From Phoronis australis (Eukaryota > Animalia > Phoronida): a stretch of 64,000 nt of DNA. This document shows positions 1 to 14,136 of this stretch, one piece after another (within the stretch, counting starts at the first letter, position 1; each line of letters starts with the position of its first letter). A program made the translations under genes and the position numbers. The notes beneath the pieces are model-generated. The model was not told where the DNA came from. It ran no database searches and saw nothing but the letters and a program-made list of their open reading frames with translations. The stretch lies in NCBI GenBank assembly GCA_002633005.1, contig NMRA01000023.1, forward strand, positions 1,406,689 to 1,470,688, given 5' to 3'.

Positions 1-40
1 AGGCTTGAGTAAGGTGTGGTGATTGCCGATGCAGATTATC

Positions 41-42
<2 letters not shown>

Positions 43-96
<54 letters not shown>
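43..96. repeat. (CT)n microsatellite
   Basis: perfect dinucleotide run. Confidence 0.97.
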
Positions 97-97
<1 letters not shown>

Positions 98-1684
98 GTT
101 TCGAAACAATTAAAGAATTAATGCTGGGCCATTCTGCTAGCACCAGCAGGAAGTAGTTTAGACACGTACTGGCTGCGCTTGACATACGAAACATGCCTGG
201 GTTATGAATTAACGAACCGCTTTACATTTATTCTATTCACTTGAAAGCTGCCGCAATAGCGGAGTTGCAACGCCGCCATATTGGAAATGGGTCAGAATGT
301 TGCATTGTGGTTAAGCCGGTAAACAAGTACGTCGGCAAGCGTGGGGGCGAACCGGCCACAGGGAGGTTATACGTGTTGTGTGCCTGGCATGCTATAATAC
401 CAGTTAGCGAGATAAAAAATTTAGTTACTACCTGTTTCCCAAGGATCAAGAACTGCGTTAAACATGGGTCAGAGACATCGGTAGAGCTGGTAGCAAAGGC
501 CGACTTCGTGAATTCTTTCCGACTTCGTAGCATAAAGTGTGCAGCGCTCATTTTGAGGGCGGCAAGAAAACGTATCTTAGAAACTGCCCAACAATATCTC
601 CCTTCAAAGAAACAGTAACAAATACTCCACGGCGGTTGGTAGTGAAAAAAAAACTTGTTTTCGCTTGACCAGAACCAAGCCAACATGAGCAATTTTGAGG
701 ATAATGCCTCTGCACAATCACCTGTTCTGGGTCGACTCACTTAACGTATGCACACTATATGCATTACGCGCTAAGATAAAGCGTGCAGATTATTATTATT
801 TACTTTCTACAAAATTGTGGTACATTGCTATCAAAATTCGTTGTTAAATTACGATCATTTTTCATAAAATTTTGTTGAAGTTCCAGGGCGAAATCTTGCC
901 GACAAATGCGTAGCTGCTGGTCTCGCAATCGTCGATAGGGCTTGAATTCTTAAATAAGAATACAGCTTTGACTCAACAAATTACCTGAAATCCTCCTCAA
1001 GTTTTCCAAATAGCGTCTCTAAGATTTTTAAGTTCTTGTGAAGTCTGGATTAACTGCAGATTAAGTCCAAATCTACGCTAGATTGTAGCACGCAACCCGA
1101 GAAAAATCTCTGTGGGAACACATGTTGTTGTCACGTGACGTTTGTTTTGAAGTTTGTATGCGTGTGTGTGAGAGTAAGCGTGCGTGTGCTTGTCAGAGTT
1201 CATTTGCCAGAGTAATGTAATGATCTAGGTGTGCATTGTATCCAAAAAAAAAAAAAATCAAGCAGTCAAGCAGAGCGTGTTTTAATATTTACGGCTTAGC
1301 ACTTGCTGGCCTCATCTGCTAAAAACGTTCGAGAATTTTTTCGGTAAGACCGATATGTCACTCATTGAGTCGCCGGGTGAGTGGATGCGTGACCGTAGTG
1401 TAACAGCTATTTTCCGGAACATTTGGGGTGTAAGGGTGCGAAGTGGGTCATTTTGACCTTAAAAACACCAATTATGATTAGTTAAATAATTTCTCTTAAA
1501 AATAATGCAAAAGCTTTTTACAGTATTGGAAACTTTCGGAAATTAGTGCCAATATTTATTTGCCGATGCTATGTTACCAGTTTCATGAATAGATAGTTCC
1601 CGATTAATCTTCGATGACAGCCGGTACATTATGCAGCGCGTGCTTCTCGGTCGCGTGCTTACACTGGTCGAGTTTTTTATTAGT

Positions 1685-2097
1685 CTTCGATTCACGGTTT
1701 TCACATGTACAAAGAAGTTTGGATTCCTGTTGAGGCCGGAGAAGATCTGTACTGGAAAGAAACAATGCCAATCCCGCTCTTTGACAAGTACGCTGTGTCT
1801 GTTTTCAAAGTCCAGACCCGCGTAGTGGGGCACATTTCTCGCAAGAGCAGCAAAACTTCTGCGTTCTTTTTGAATCGCGGCGTAAGTTTGAAGTGTATAC
1901 GGACATAACGGTGAGGCTCGTGGTCCGTTACAAATTCAGGCTGTCGGATCTTTCAATTGATAAATTGGAGACGTTAGAACTGCAGGTAAGGGCATTTTTC
2001 GCATGTGGTTCATGGGCTGGGCGCTTACTTTAGCAAAGTCTGAAAACGCGTTGGGGCACTTGTTGAGGCATGGGCGCTAATTAGGGCGAATAGCGGC
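1685..2097 (+). mobile_element. degenerate DNA-transposon fragment with a HIRAN-like coding remnant
   Basis: SIHGFHMYKEVWIP..GEDL...DKYAVSV....VVGHISRK...FFLNRG matches the GYHVYKxxWxP/AV/VGHxP pattern of transposon-borne HIRAN-like domains; it ends in a gggcgctaattagggcgaata terminal-repeat-like motif. Confidence 0.5.
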
Positions 2098-2270
2098 AGA
2101 ATTACATAAAGCAGCGTAGTTTAATGCACACAAATCACACGTCGTGCAAACCAATCGGCCATTCCATTTACCCTTATCAATCCCAATAGCCTTTGCGCAC
2201 CCTAATTTCCGGACATGCGCAATCGTTAAATCGATTCGGTTGCAACTCCGCTATTATAGAAAGCTGCCTA

Positions 2271-5200
2271 TAGTCGGTGGGCCAGAATTTGTAGGGCCTC
2301 TAGAAAATGGTTTTTGTGAGTACTTTAGGGGGGCAATTTTATTTTGATGTTTTTTAATTCATTTATTAGAGTGTTTTTAAAATCTAAAAAGTTCCCACAT
2401 ATAAAGTTGCACATTTTTGAGAAATTTGAGTTTGAAGTTACCTAATAATCACCAAAGAGCTTTAGTAGTAAACTTATATTTGTAAAAACAACAGTTTTGG
2501 TGACTTTTTTGTAAAATAAGTAATATGGTCCCATCAGTGCCATTGTATTGAACAATATTACACTCACATTACATGTTTTACTACTGTGGATTAATTGTAA
2601 ACAGTGAAATTTAAAAAATGTAAAGAGACACCTGGTGGCACAAATGCAAACTAAGTCTGAATGTTACTAGAAAGTTATTCTGGCATTGAATGGCAACAAA
2701 AATAACACAAAACACTTGAGACTGGGCAGAATTTGTGCCTCAATGACTAAAACATTGACTAATGGTGTAAAATACAGCTTGTTTGCATAATACACCAGAA
2801 ATAGTACAAAAACAATATAGTTGAATGATCTCTGTGAATGTGCACACAGACTGTATGAAAATAATAGATTATTCTGACAGCGTTTATCAAACAGTATGAG
2901 ACAAATACATGACAATGATCAAAGTATGTACTTTCTATGACTTAATCAACAAATAAAATTAACTTTTTAATACAAAAAACGAAATAACGGTGTTGGAGGT
3001 TTACTTAGGGTTGACTTGTCAAATAACTATCCGATGTTATGCAGTCAATGTTGCTGATGTCACTACAGTTGTCACAGCTGCACATTTCTGTACAGTTTGG
3101 CCCAGCATTGTAGCACAAACTCAGTTTCCCAGCACACATGTTCTTTTTGCACTTGCAGCGTTCATCGTTTAGTACTGTCAATGGAGATGCGGACATTGCC
3201 ATACATTTTAACTGCAAAGCTCCACCGCCAAGGAGCCACCTATGGTCGATTAGAGAGGGTACAGCACCGCACACTGGTGATTGGCCAGCAGGCAATGAAG
3301 GGTCAAACACTAAGTCCTTGTTAGGAGGCGGGCTGGATTTGGGCAAACGTTTGATTCAAAATATGTTATAATGGGCTATGTTAATTAGAGTCAGCAAGTG
3401 AATTATTGAACACTAGTCTCAATTCACTTTTGTATCTTTTAGTAGGGCACAAACTACAACAGTGGGTAGCTTCAACAATATTTCTTAAGATTGCCTGTCC
3501 AAAAAACTTCATGCACACCAGCTTTCTAAAAACAGTTTCAAAATTTTGCTTTAGTTTTGAAAGGCAAATGACATCTCCATGTGTTAGAAGCTTTGATTCA
3601 ATGAACTCCAAACAAAACCGTAGAAAAACATCTCTGAAACTGTGGTTGTCTTTCTATTTTTATAGCATGATGATCTGTGGTACTTGGCTTCTAAGACACA
3701 AGGTCTTTATCTTTGAATTTCATTTGCATATTCAGGGCTCTGGACTGAGCTGTCGCTTGCGATACAAGTCCAACTGAAAAAAACCCAAACTGTTAACACT
3801 AATTTAATATTCAACTATGAGTGAGTTGGCATGCAACCTTTTAAGACGGACTTATCAGGAACTGATCCACCACCAGCCTAACAAATTTACATGCCGTCTG
3901 ATCTGTCGCCTAAAAATGTTGATTGTCTAACAATTAGATTAGTTGATGCAACTGAAAATAAATCAGCTGATATACCAGTGCAGTGATTGAAATTCAATTT
4001 TTTTAAATCAGATGCTCAAACCACGAAATGGACAGTGGGTTCCATTGTCCTCAAATTACGACGGCGACGATGGCCATTTAGGCACTCTAATTTAATTATC
4101 ATTGCAGCTACCTAAGTAATTAATGTTTACAAAAAATTGAGAAGAGGTTCCCCCTATCCCAGGACTACGACAGGGGATGACGGCCACTTGGGCATGTTGT
4201 TTGCAACCATCTACTCCATTTAACCTTCTCAAAAATTTTTGACTTAAAGTGCTTTAAAATCATACCCACAGTATAACGCCATATGGTTATCCCTTAGCGC
4301 AAGCAGTGTCGATGTGGCAACCGAACAATGGAGTGTTCGAAAAACAGGATTGCTGGAGTATTTGTTTAAACTGGGAACAAATGAAAACATTAACGACCTC
4401 CTCAGAGGCATCTCTCTACGCGGTACTTCTAAACTTATAGGAACATAATTTGCTGAAAAGCATCCAGCATATGGAGTACCTATGGTATGATCACTGTCTC
4501 TACTGGGTCAGCGGTATTGTCTAAGGCCTAGGCAGCCAAGGGGCTGAACAAGTTAAAAAAAACAACTGGTGATAATACTGAAACACACATGGAAAACACC
4601 AAGATATACCTTTCAAAAACACGTACCTGTTTTTCAAAGCTATACTTCTTTCTCTTTCTTGAAATATGGTCCATAATATACTTTTCCTGCTAACAAATGA
4701 TGCACTCATGTTTCAGAATGTTCCTATCTTATTCAGGTTAATTGGGTGTTTCAGATTTTGGAAGTATAATTGATTTTCTTGGGAAATCTTGGATAACATC
4801 TGTATCACTTTCAGCAACTTCAGCTTTAGTACTACTGTTGGTGCCTTGAAACGTTGCTATGCCGTTCTATGTCCTTTCAATTTTTTGGTCTGACACTTGG
4901 TCTTCTAGTCTACAGCACTCAGCAGTATACTGTGTGTAGGCTATACCAGGACATGCAGCTGTTTTCTGCACAATCGTTTGTGACACCTCTTCTTCTTTTT
5001 GATCTACTGATCTACAGAGTTCCACAGTCCATCAGCTTTCGTCAGGAAGCTTTCCTAAGCTTCTTTAGGCTCTGGCATCACAATTGTGTGCTGTTTGATA
5101 AACCTTGAATTATACAGGCATCACACTCCATGGGAGCAGCCATATTGAAGTAACTAAGCACAACAATGCAATCTGGCTCTCTGATTGGTCAATTCAATAG

Positions 5201-5397
5201 AAAAGCGCCACCAAGTGGCAAGAATGTGCATAATATTCTGTGCAACAAAAACACCTTTTTTAAATTCTGCAAGTGTTGACGTGGGAACTTTTTGGAATTT
5301 CATTTATATGTATATTATCTAGCCACATAGAAAAAACTAAGTTGCCCCCCGAAAGTACTCACAAGGATGAACGTTATGAGATCTGGCCCACAGACTA
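2271..5397 (-). mobile_element. Academ-like DNA transposon, internally deleted and degenerate
   Basis: Inverted ends TAGTC(G/T)GTGGGCCAGA...TGTGAGTACTTT(A/C)GGGGGGCAA; flanks cta/gta; - strand remnant ending in a Cys8 motif CKCKKNMC...C...CTEMCSCDNC (3005-3346). Confidence 0.7.
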
Positions 5398-5752
5398 GTA
5401 AAGCAACGCCATTTAAAAGTCCACAGCAAATAGTTTCCTTGGCCCCATGTCGTATGCAAATTAGTTCCAGTCGAATTTAAGCGCCATCATTGTTGTAGTT
5501 GAAATGGCGTACCTTCGAGTGTGCTTTGGACCTACTAGATGATTCAGTTCGCGAAAATTTCTTAATGATGGAGCAAAGTTTACAAATTCAACGATGTACA
5601 TTTTATGATCCATGTACCAAAATCTCAACCTACTGGGAACAGACTAATAGTCGCATTCCGAATTCAATGAACTCTCCTCTTGGAGGTTCTGATACGTACA
5701 CATTGCATGATTGACCAATAGGTTTCGAAAAGTAGGGGCCACACTAAACGTG

Positions 5753-5887
5753 TCTGAGCGGAGAAGAACTACATACCCGCCTGTACAGCGACCCATGACA
5801 TAACTTGTCTGAGCTGGGGACGGACAACAAAAGAACTACATATAACGACCCTCTAATCTGAGACGGACAACAAAAGAACTACATGTA
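5753..5887. repeat. short degenerate direct repeats (ctgag..ggacaacaaaagaactacat) x3
   Basis: repeated motif visible at about 5755, 5810 and 5859. Confidence 0.6.
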
Positions 5888-8800
5888 GCAGCCCACCCAT
5901 TTTAGCAATTAAGTTGTCAGTGTTTGCGTTTCAGTCAACTCACTGTCCATATATTCAAAGAGGGCGCCTGTGGATCCAAGGAAGATGTGCCTTAGAACTA
6001 CTAACCCAACATGTACCCTCTGACACAGCGCCACCGATACTGAAAAGTGGCCCTGTGGAAACATGATGAACGACACACGGAATACCGTGCATGCTTGGTC
6101 GGAAGTTTACCTATCACATCGCCACCACTTGCACACGCATTCTATACACTGAATTTGTTTGGACTTAAGCCACTGGGTCGGGGTTTTCTTGATTTTGTTT
6201 ACTTCGATCACTGCCCGTTTTAATTAATTACAAATATTTTAGTCAAAGGCGTAGCAGTAAATTGAAAGGGGTTTCTCAGATTTCAACGAATGGAAATGAC
6301 TGAATGTTATAACGTCGGTTTCATTACTTAAACAAATGAGAAGCCATGTTAACCCAGCATGTTCACAATGACAATCGCTTCTGGTATTGCCCGCGCATTG
6401 TGTCAAACGTGCGACATCTGGCGTATCAGCACGTTTCCCCCAGCGACTTCTACGCAAAGATCCGATACTGCCTAAAAACACACGACAATGTTTTCTACCT
6501 CAAACAAAATGACAGATTGAAATATCAAAGGTTTGTCTCGAGATGAAGTGAGAAAAAACTTAGTTGTCACAAACTTAGACGAGTGATCGATTGCAAGTAC
6601 TGTACTTTGAAGTTTCATATTTATTAACCGAAGGACTATGCAGTTTTATGTGTGTGTGGTTCGATACAAGTGGTGTTATATCTCAATAATATCTCGGTCG
6701 ATACGATTAATTTGCCGTATTGATTGTGAACTTCTGAACATCCTATTCTATGTCTTTATCTCTTGCCAGGCATGGCAACATAGTAGATCCAATTAATAAG
6801 TGAATATATGTTAAACTACACGTGTTTTAATAAGGTTGGCATTATTAGCCGATGTTGCTGCGCCGAGTTAGTATTTTCACGAGGCAGAAGACATTTACAC
6901 CACGTATCAAAGATTTAATCTGTATTTCTGCTCCGAACCTCCTTTCTTTCTCCGTGCGGTAACTGTGTCACGTGACCATCGTACAATAACCTTTTCACAA
7001 GTTGGATTATTGCACGGACACGTGACACGGTTGTACGTGCGTAGTGTAGATAAAACTATTCAAATGTTTAGTGATGACATATCGGCCACTATTATAACGC
7101 GATTTGAACCCAAAAATAGGAATATAAATTCAGTCACATCGTATTTTCCAAAATTTCGCAGGTCTTCGATATTTTCGGCTTCTGTTCACCTCGGGAACAA
7201 TTTCGCGCTATATTTTTTTCAAAATTATTGGTTTGGATAAAATGGTGTGCTTCGGCAACAGTTGCACCCGTTGTAGAGTTAGTTTGTCCGGGCCCCTGGT
7301 CACGTGGTAATTTTCGAAGTGCAGCGCAACGTAAATACGTCCCAATTGTTATTAGTGTTTTTAATTTTCGAATTTTAATTTTATTTGACTCGGTACAAAA
7401 TGTCAAAATGGCCGGCGTCACATTAAACAAGCGAATGGCAGCTCCTCATTTTCGTCAAAACGCTTTTCATGTAAAACGAGAGTTTGACGCTTTCCTTTCT
7501 TGGTTTGTAGGTGTGTTTGATGTATTCGGTCATATACTTTACTACATTGTGAAATCTTACGATATAGCCAAGAAGACAAAATGGCCATTCTATGCCTTTA
7601 CAAATCTATCATTTCGGTTGATATGGAACATAAAGAGCCAATTTCGATTGAGCAATGTTGAATAAGTTTCACTAAACCTCTGAGGAAATCCATGTTCGAC
7701 TATCAATATTTTCATATGCTTTATATAAACGTGTACTGTTGTGTGTCATTAAAAAGGTCACTTTTTCCTCTTTCAAATCTAGTCCCTGGCCATCGCAGCG
7801 CATTCTGAATTTATGTATCCGGCTGTTAAACAGGGGTAAAAGTTGCTCGTTTGGGTTTGTTTATCAAATATCTTTAAAAACAGTGACCATGTGGTTCACA
7901 TGGATAACACATCAACTACAGATTTTAGACACTTTCACGCTATATTTACAGATCTGTTACCAATTTGACAACCATTGATATCAGAGATTTATTAACACAG
8001 TTGTTAACAGGTTCTGTTGTTGCGTCAGTGATTCTCGAACGTCAACAGTTACTATGCGCCTACTTGGCATAGGTCTACTACTGACAAGCCTGTCCATGCA
8101 ATCCTGTCTCTGCCAAGCTGTTCTTCACATGTATAAGTCAACGTGGCAGCCATCCGTGCTGACTCAGTGTACAGATTCTTGTTTAAAGGGCTTTATCGTT
8201 TTTACGGCCGAAAACCGCATTTTGGTATTAATGTTGGCTTGGAAAGTCTTTTTGAAGTTATTAGTTTTGACCAAAGCTATGAAACAATAACATCTTTTTG
8301 TAACTTTTTTGAAATACCACTAATAATCACAATTGTCTCTCAGTCATTTGCTGAAATCAAAGTCAGTGACAACCATTAAGAAACTATGCCATTTATCGAG
8401 TGTTATTTAACTCCGTCATCACGACGTTTGACTGCAACTTCCAGGGTTCCAGGTTCAATTATGCGCTGAGCATGATCTCACAAAATCTCTCGTCTCGCCG
8501 ATAATGTTACTTTACTTTTTGAAATGCGTATCAAAATAACAGACTAATCAACCTATGCAGAGGACGTGACCCATAATGTGAAGAGTGAACAGGCGACGAC
8601 CAATCCACGCACTGACGGACTGGTCTGATGTCTTTTATGTTTTAAGATTTTGATGGTTATCACGTTTGCAGAAATTTTAAAAATGTTTGATACTGTTTAT
8701 GAAGACTGATAGTGAAGTTTTATTTTCATTGATTAGAAAATAACGTGCGATAACGAGATATATGATGAACAAAGTCCCAATCGGAAACTTAAGCGTTGTA

Positions 8801-11699
8801 CTATTACAACCAGCCGCGTTCTGCAGACAATTCCCTAACATTTCAAAATGATTTATGGTTGCAAAGGGTATTGTTTGAAAGAAGTATAAACATTTCATGC
8901 AATTTGATAATCAATAAAAAATATTGAACATTGATTTACTCTTTGCGAAGCCTCTCATCAGCAAATTCTAAATTTGCAGCGTTTACGTTCACATCTCGCC
9001 CTGTTTAACAGCAGGTTTGATAAAATGTAACGGGGAGGTGTAATGGCCAAAGGTATGGTTAGAAAAGCGAACAAACGAACCTTTCTGTGATATGCAACAC
9101 TATACAATTATTTTAGAATTCCAAAAAACAGGACAGGAAAGCATTAATTTTCGAACATTTCGAGAGGTTTACTTGACAGTAAGTGAATGGACAATTTGAT
9201 CAACACACACATATTGGACCGCCAATTGGCAGAGGTGCCCGGTTTCTTTTAGTAGTCGTTTGACAGAGCGTTTAATCGCGACGTACATTTGTCTGTTTGT
9301 TTTGCGTAACAACAGTAACATGATGATAGCTTTGCAGAAATGTGGCTAAAGGCATTTGCTAAACATAAGGTAAAATTTGTCATATTCGGACAAAATATTG
9401 CCAAAATTGATCTTTTTATTTGTAACATTGTTATAAATGCCCGCATTTAATGAATGATAGCTGACAGTATTTATGGTAACGAGCTAAAATACATTTTGTT
9501 ATCTTCGAGATATTAATTCCACTTGTCCGCCATATTGTGTCCTAAATTGTTGACACTTTTACCGTACTTATGTGTGCCTAATTGATTTGTATTCATGATG
9601 TCACACGTGCCTCTCTAAACTGTTACTTCAACGCCTGACGTTTAGTAATAAACGATGGTATTTTTTAATCATCTAACGTGTTTTGAGCTGATTGAATAAA
9701 TGCTCCCCAAAGATCACGTCTCCGTATTTTGTAATTGTTATAGAATTAGAATTGTATTTGGTTAGTCACGCTTTCGCCTATCCATTGTGCAACGTTCTTC
9801 GGGAAATTGTCCTCATGTTTCATTTGTCCAGGCTGATTGTCTAGCAAACGGCGTCATTTTGTCAAGGTATACGTGATTAGAGATAACCTTGTGTCGTTCA
9901 TTTCATTCATTCGTCCCGTGATTATTAGTTCTAGTGTTAAAGTACTACTCGTGGTCTTCTGCCCCCTAGGACAATTTACAAATGGATGACTCAAACGACA
10001 CAGAAGATGTTCAATATCGAATGTTGTCTTTCTAGTGTGAACCTCTAACGATCGTCTAAAAAGTCATTAGATAGTAACCATTACGACGAATCACCCCTAC
10101 CGTACTAATGAAGGATTTGTTAATAACGTACAAGAGAATTTAACGCACATGAGATCAAACGTCAAAACGTTTGCTCAATGCCACAATTATCTTTATGTCT
10201 TATGCCCTTAAAGCTCCATGTTTTCTATGCCCGTGAGTTCGATGGTACACACGGAAGAAGTATAATCTACCGATGGTAACGTGCAAATAACGCATTCTAT
10301 CTGTGACGAATTTTTAGCTTCAAATTTCAAGTGTCATGAAAATCTTGCTTTCTGTCAAAAGCAAGTTTCGATTTAGGCCATTTACCATTGTGACACTGGT
10401 CTCTCATTGTTCCTTAATCAAGATCAGTGTGATATTTCTGGGCATGCAAAGATCTGACAATTGGTAATAATTCTTCCGGTCAGGTGACGTCAGCAATGGT
10501 CTGAAAAAATAAGCAACTGTCAGACCTTCCTGAGCCAAGTGATCACTTCTAAACTGAGTACGGTAAAATATCAGACCAAGTGGTCTAAACCAAACTTTTT
10601 TGACAAAAAGCACGGGTTTCATGCAGCTTTAAAAATAGCCATTTGCTAAAGTCGGCACGTTTCTCAGATTTAAATTGATAGTTTCATGAATTACGGTCAC
10701 TCTTTTTTCATTCTTTTTTCCAAAGTGACTATCCAGAATATAATCACATTCTTGCTGCAATGATGAAATTGAAACCCCATCATTTGAAGGATTTCCTTTT
10801 TTTATTACTGTACGTATAAGAGTACAATATGATTCTTCAACAACCAATCACTATCCAATATCGTGAGGGACCTACTATGCCAAAGTCGGCGTTGTCGAAA
10901 TCCGTCAATCAGAATAGTCCTGAGCGTACTCGCTACCAGAGGGAGATAGTAATCTACAGACAGTGGGTACCAGAGGTGTATGTTTTTCTTGAAGTGCATC
11001 ACTCTGCACTAATTTTCAGGAAATTTCGAGTAAATCTGAATGACCAGAAGCTGTACTGCTTTTGCACTTCGCCTACTACACCATGTAACCAAAGTTGTAA
11101 GCGAGATTACGTTCTTGGCTCCATTTATTATTAGGTTTTTGACGTTCATTTATGCCCACTCCATCAAGTAACTCTTCGCGTGAACTCTTATGCGTGCTTC
11201 TCTGATGCATCTCATTTAGAAACAAATAACGTACAATGACGGATACTTGAGCGAGGCCAGGCGAAACTTATATCGCGAAACCCAACACACTTCGTTCGAG
11301 GTGGTCGATTTTATAGCCATGTTAAAAATTTTTGGTTGAATATTTGTTGCGAAACAGTAATTTATCAAAAAATCACATTGTTGCTGAAATTTCGAAGGTT
11401 AGAGAAGTGAGCAGTGATGACCATCTGGAATAATTCCGTAGCCTCGGAGGTGTTTTAAAACTGCACATGAGTGAATTTTAATAAAACAGCAGTACCGCGA
11501 CTCTCAAAATGGTGAATGCCGGCGAATGCGCTGAGAGTGATATTAAGCTTAAACCACGTTTAGCGGTACTTCAGAAGGCAGGCTACGAGAATGACCGTCG
11601 CTTATGACTCTAGTTGGTGAAGACATGATTTTAGCCGTCTGGCGACCTTAACACTTTCGTGTTCTGAATGAAATTTGCGCATGCGCAGGTATAGAACAC

Positions 11700-12586
11700 T
11701 GTCAGAATATATATTGATTAAGTAATTAGTACAGATAGTTCCATTTTAAGTTGCCCAAAGTTTGTGCATGTGTACTTTTAAATCATGGGATCAAACTTGC
11801 TTACATGCATTTTAACGACAAGAGCTATTTTGGATGATGTTTATCACTTTGATTCTGGGGTCAATGCACTCAAGATTCTAGTAATTTCTGAGAGCAAATC
11901 GGGACAGCCAATGATATGATTGGATAAGATCATGTGGTTTTTATTTGCCAATCGTTAAATAATTACATTATTGTAAATTGGGTTGAAATTTGCAAAATAC
12001 TCAAATGGGATATAGTAATTGAAACTAAAAGACTTGCTACAGTGTACAGAAGAAATTGTATAACAGAGCCATCTCGTGGAAGATTCTAAAGAAGATCTTG
12101 GCAAGGGCAAGGGTTAATGCACAGGAAGTTAACTAAGAGATTGTCACTTGCACCGTGGATAGTAAGATACTACCAATACGTGTTGTGTCACGAGGGACTG
12201 TGACAAGCAAGAGGAATCGTGGGCAGAAGATACTGCCTTCAAGTGTTGCGCCACGAAGGACTGTGACCAGCAAGTACACTGTCCCAGCACTGTGTGTGTT
12301 AGTTCGAAGATTCACCAACAGGACTGTCATCCAAAAAGTGTCGAGTCCTACAGCTTAGATAGCAGATGGAAGTTTGATTATTTATAGTTAATTGATTGAA
12401 GTAATCCTTACGGAGGTCGCTAGTGTAGTTACTCTTCTTCAGTGTTAGTTTACTTAATTTAAGAGGTTTCACTAGTTTTAATTAGTGGTTATCATATAAT
12501 AAATTAATTACTGGATTTAATCATTCTCATTCCTACGCACAATCTCAAAGCTACCTTTTAAACAAAACAACATTCAACTTCTGACA
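11700..12586. mobile_element. solo LTR (887 bp)
   Basis: TGTCAGAA...TTCTGACA termini, perfect 5-bp TSD AACAC on both sides, internal duplicated segment at about 12165-12275, AATAAA near 12498. Confidence 0.82.
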
Positions 12587-13899
12587 AACACCTCAAAGGG
12601 ATAACTTGAGGCTGTTAAAATAACCAAGGTGTTCTGGATGAATGATAACATGGGCTGCGTTCTGTACGTAGACGCCAAACACTCGTGAGAAAAGCTGTTG
12701 TAGTCACGTGTTTCGCTTGTAATCCATGGCCAAATGTCCCGAAGACTTGCGAGGTCTTACGTTTTCTCTCTCATGCATGTGTCTATGATTTCTTGGTGAA
12801 AAAAAAATTCTCTAAGTATGTTGCCTGATAATAAATTTTTGTATGTTTCTATGTTCGCATGCGACATATCGCCATTCTTATCGAATCGATATGAAATATG
12901 CACACAACGTGTGTCTCGTAAATGGCTCGAAGCTTCTTGTTTTTTATTAAAATCGTGTAAAAGATGACGCTGTGGCGGTCATTTTCAACTTCTTTGGTTT
13001 GCAAAGCCATAACCCCGCTGTTTCTAGTAAGATTTTTATTGTTTTTTTTTCTGTCGATAGGGCTATGCAAATATTGTATTAGTTTTTCTTTAGGTCTTAC
13101 CGGTCACGAGTTATTTTCCGGACTGGTCTCGAAGTAACTGAACTTTGCGCCCTATCTTCAGCATCCCATGTCAAATCTGTCTAAATTTCCGCATGTGGAT
13201 AGATCTTTTCAAGTGCTATCTTTGAGAGAGACCGTTTCTTGCTGCGATTTACCGTTCTTGTGATATTCGAGATTTATTGCTGAGATGACTGTTCATGTGT
13301 TGACCATTATAGTTATTAATGGAACTGCACTTTGTTACGTTGTCATGTTAGAGCTAGAGATCACATTTTTCGTCTGATCGACATGAAATTTACTTACAGT
13401 GTTTATTGATTCAATAGCCCGAGGACTTTTTTCTTGGGCTAAATCAGACGCAAGATGGCGCTGTGACGCCCATTTTGTAATTTTGTTTACGGAGCTCTAG
13501 GTCCACGATCTTTGACCGAACATTTAGAAATTTGGTATCTAAATAGATCTCTCCAAATACTATCTAATACATTGCTTTCGTTATCCACCTCAGCTTTAAA
13601 TTTTATTCGATTTCACCGAATGTCCCTCTTCAGATCGCTTTCATTTTTTGTTTCCTTCAGAAAATATTATTAAATGCTGATTTAGTTGAAGCAAATAACT
13701 TCCCTCGCATGAGCTTATGTACCAACTTTCTGAATCCAGCAACTACTGGTGATAAACAGCACACATTAGGTGTCAACAAGAACCATCACCAGTTTGGCAC
13801 GTTAGTGTGAACATCACATTAAGTGTAGAGAAATATTGGCCGTTTCCGAATTACCGGTGTCATGGACGCTGTGTCACTTTTTGCAGCAAATCTATACTT

Positions 13900-14136
13900 C
13901 ATGTGCGCACCCAGCGTTCGATATGGCTCGAATTCCCGACGTTTTGGACCATTTGCTAACAAAAGGGCGGGCGGACTACAAAAAAAAAACGGGAGCACCT
14001 CTGTGAATTGGGCGTTTGCCCTTATTTAGTGGGCTTTTGTCCCATTTGCTCGGACATTTGTCTCTCAGGGGCGGACCTTTTTGCCCACTTTGCCAATTGG
14101 GTGGGCTCGTTCGAGCCCCCTCTGGGTGCGCGCATG
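13900..14136. mobile_element. MITE (hAT-like, 5-bp TSD), copy 1
   Basis: TIR CATG(T/C)GCGCACCCAG; TSD TACTT/TACTT; homologous inverted copy at 61643-61898. Confidence 0.85.

Noticed and set aside
237-740. Overlapping 167-aa and 125-aa ORFs
   Set aside because: No recognisable domain, non-ATG starts and no convincing splice signals.
8054-8290. ORF starting MRLLGIGLLLTSLSMQSCLC as a possible GABBR2 signal-peptide exon
   Set aside because: No VFT N-terminal motifs follow and no good in-phase donor was found; it lies between short inverted repeats (7822/9012) suggestive of a TE remnant.
9970-10035. Frame containing NDTE after a ctag acceptor
   Set aside because: No GT donor after NDTE and the frame hits a stop; it does not resemble the GABBR2 N-terminus.
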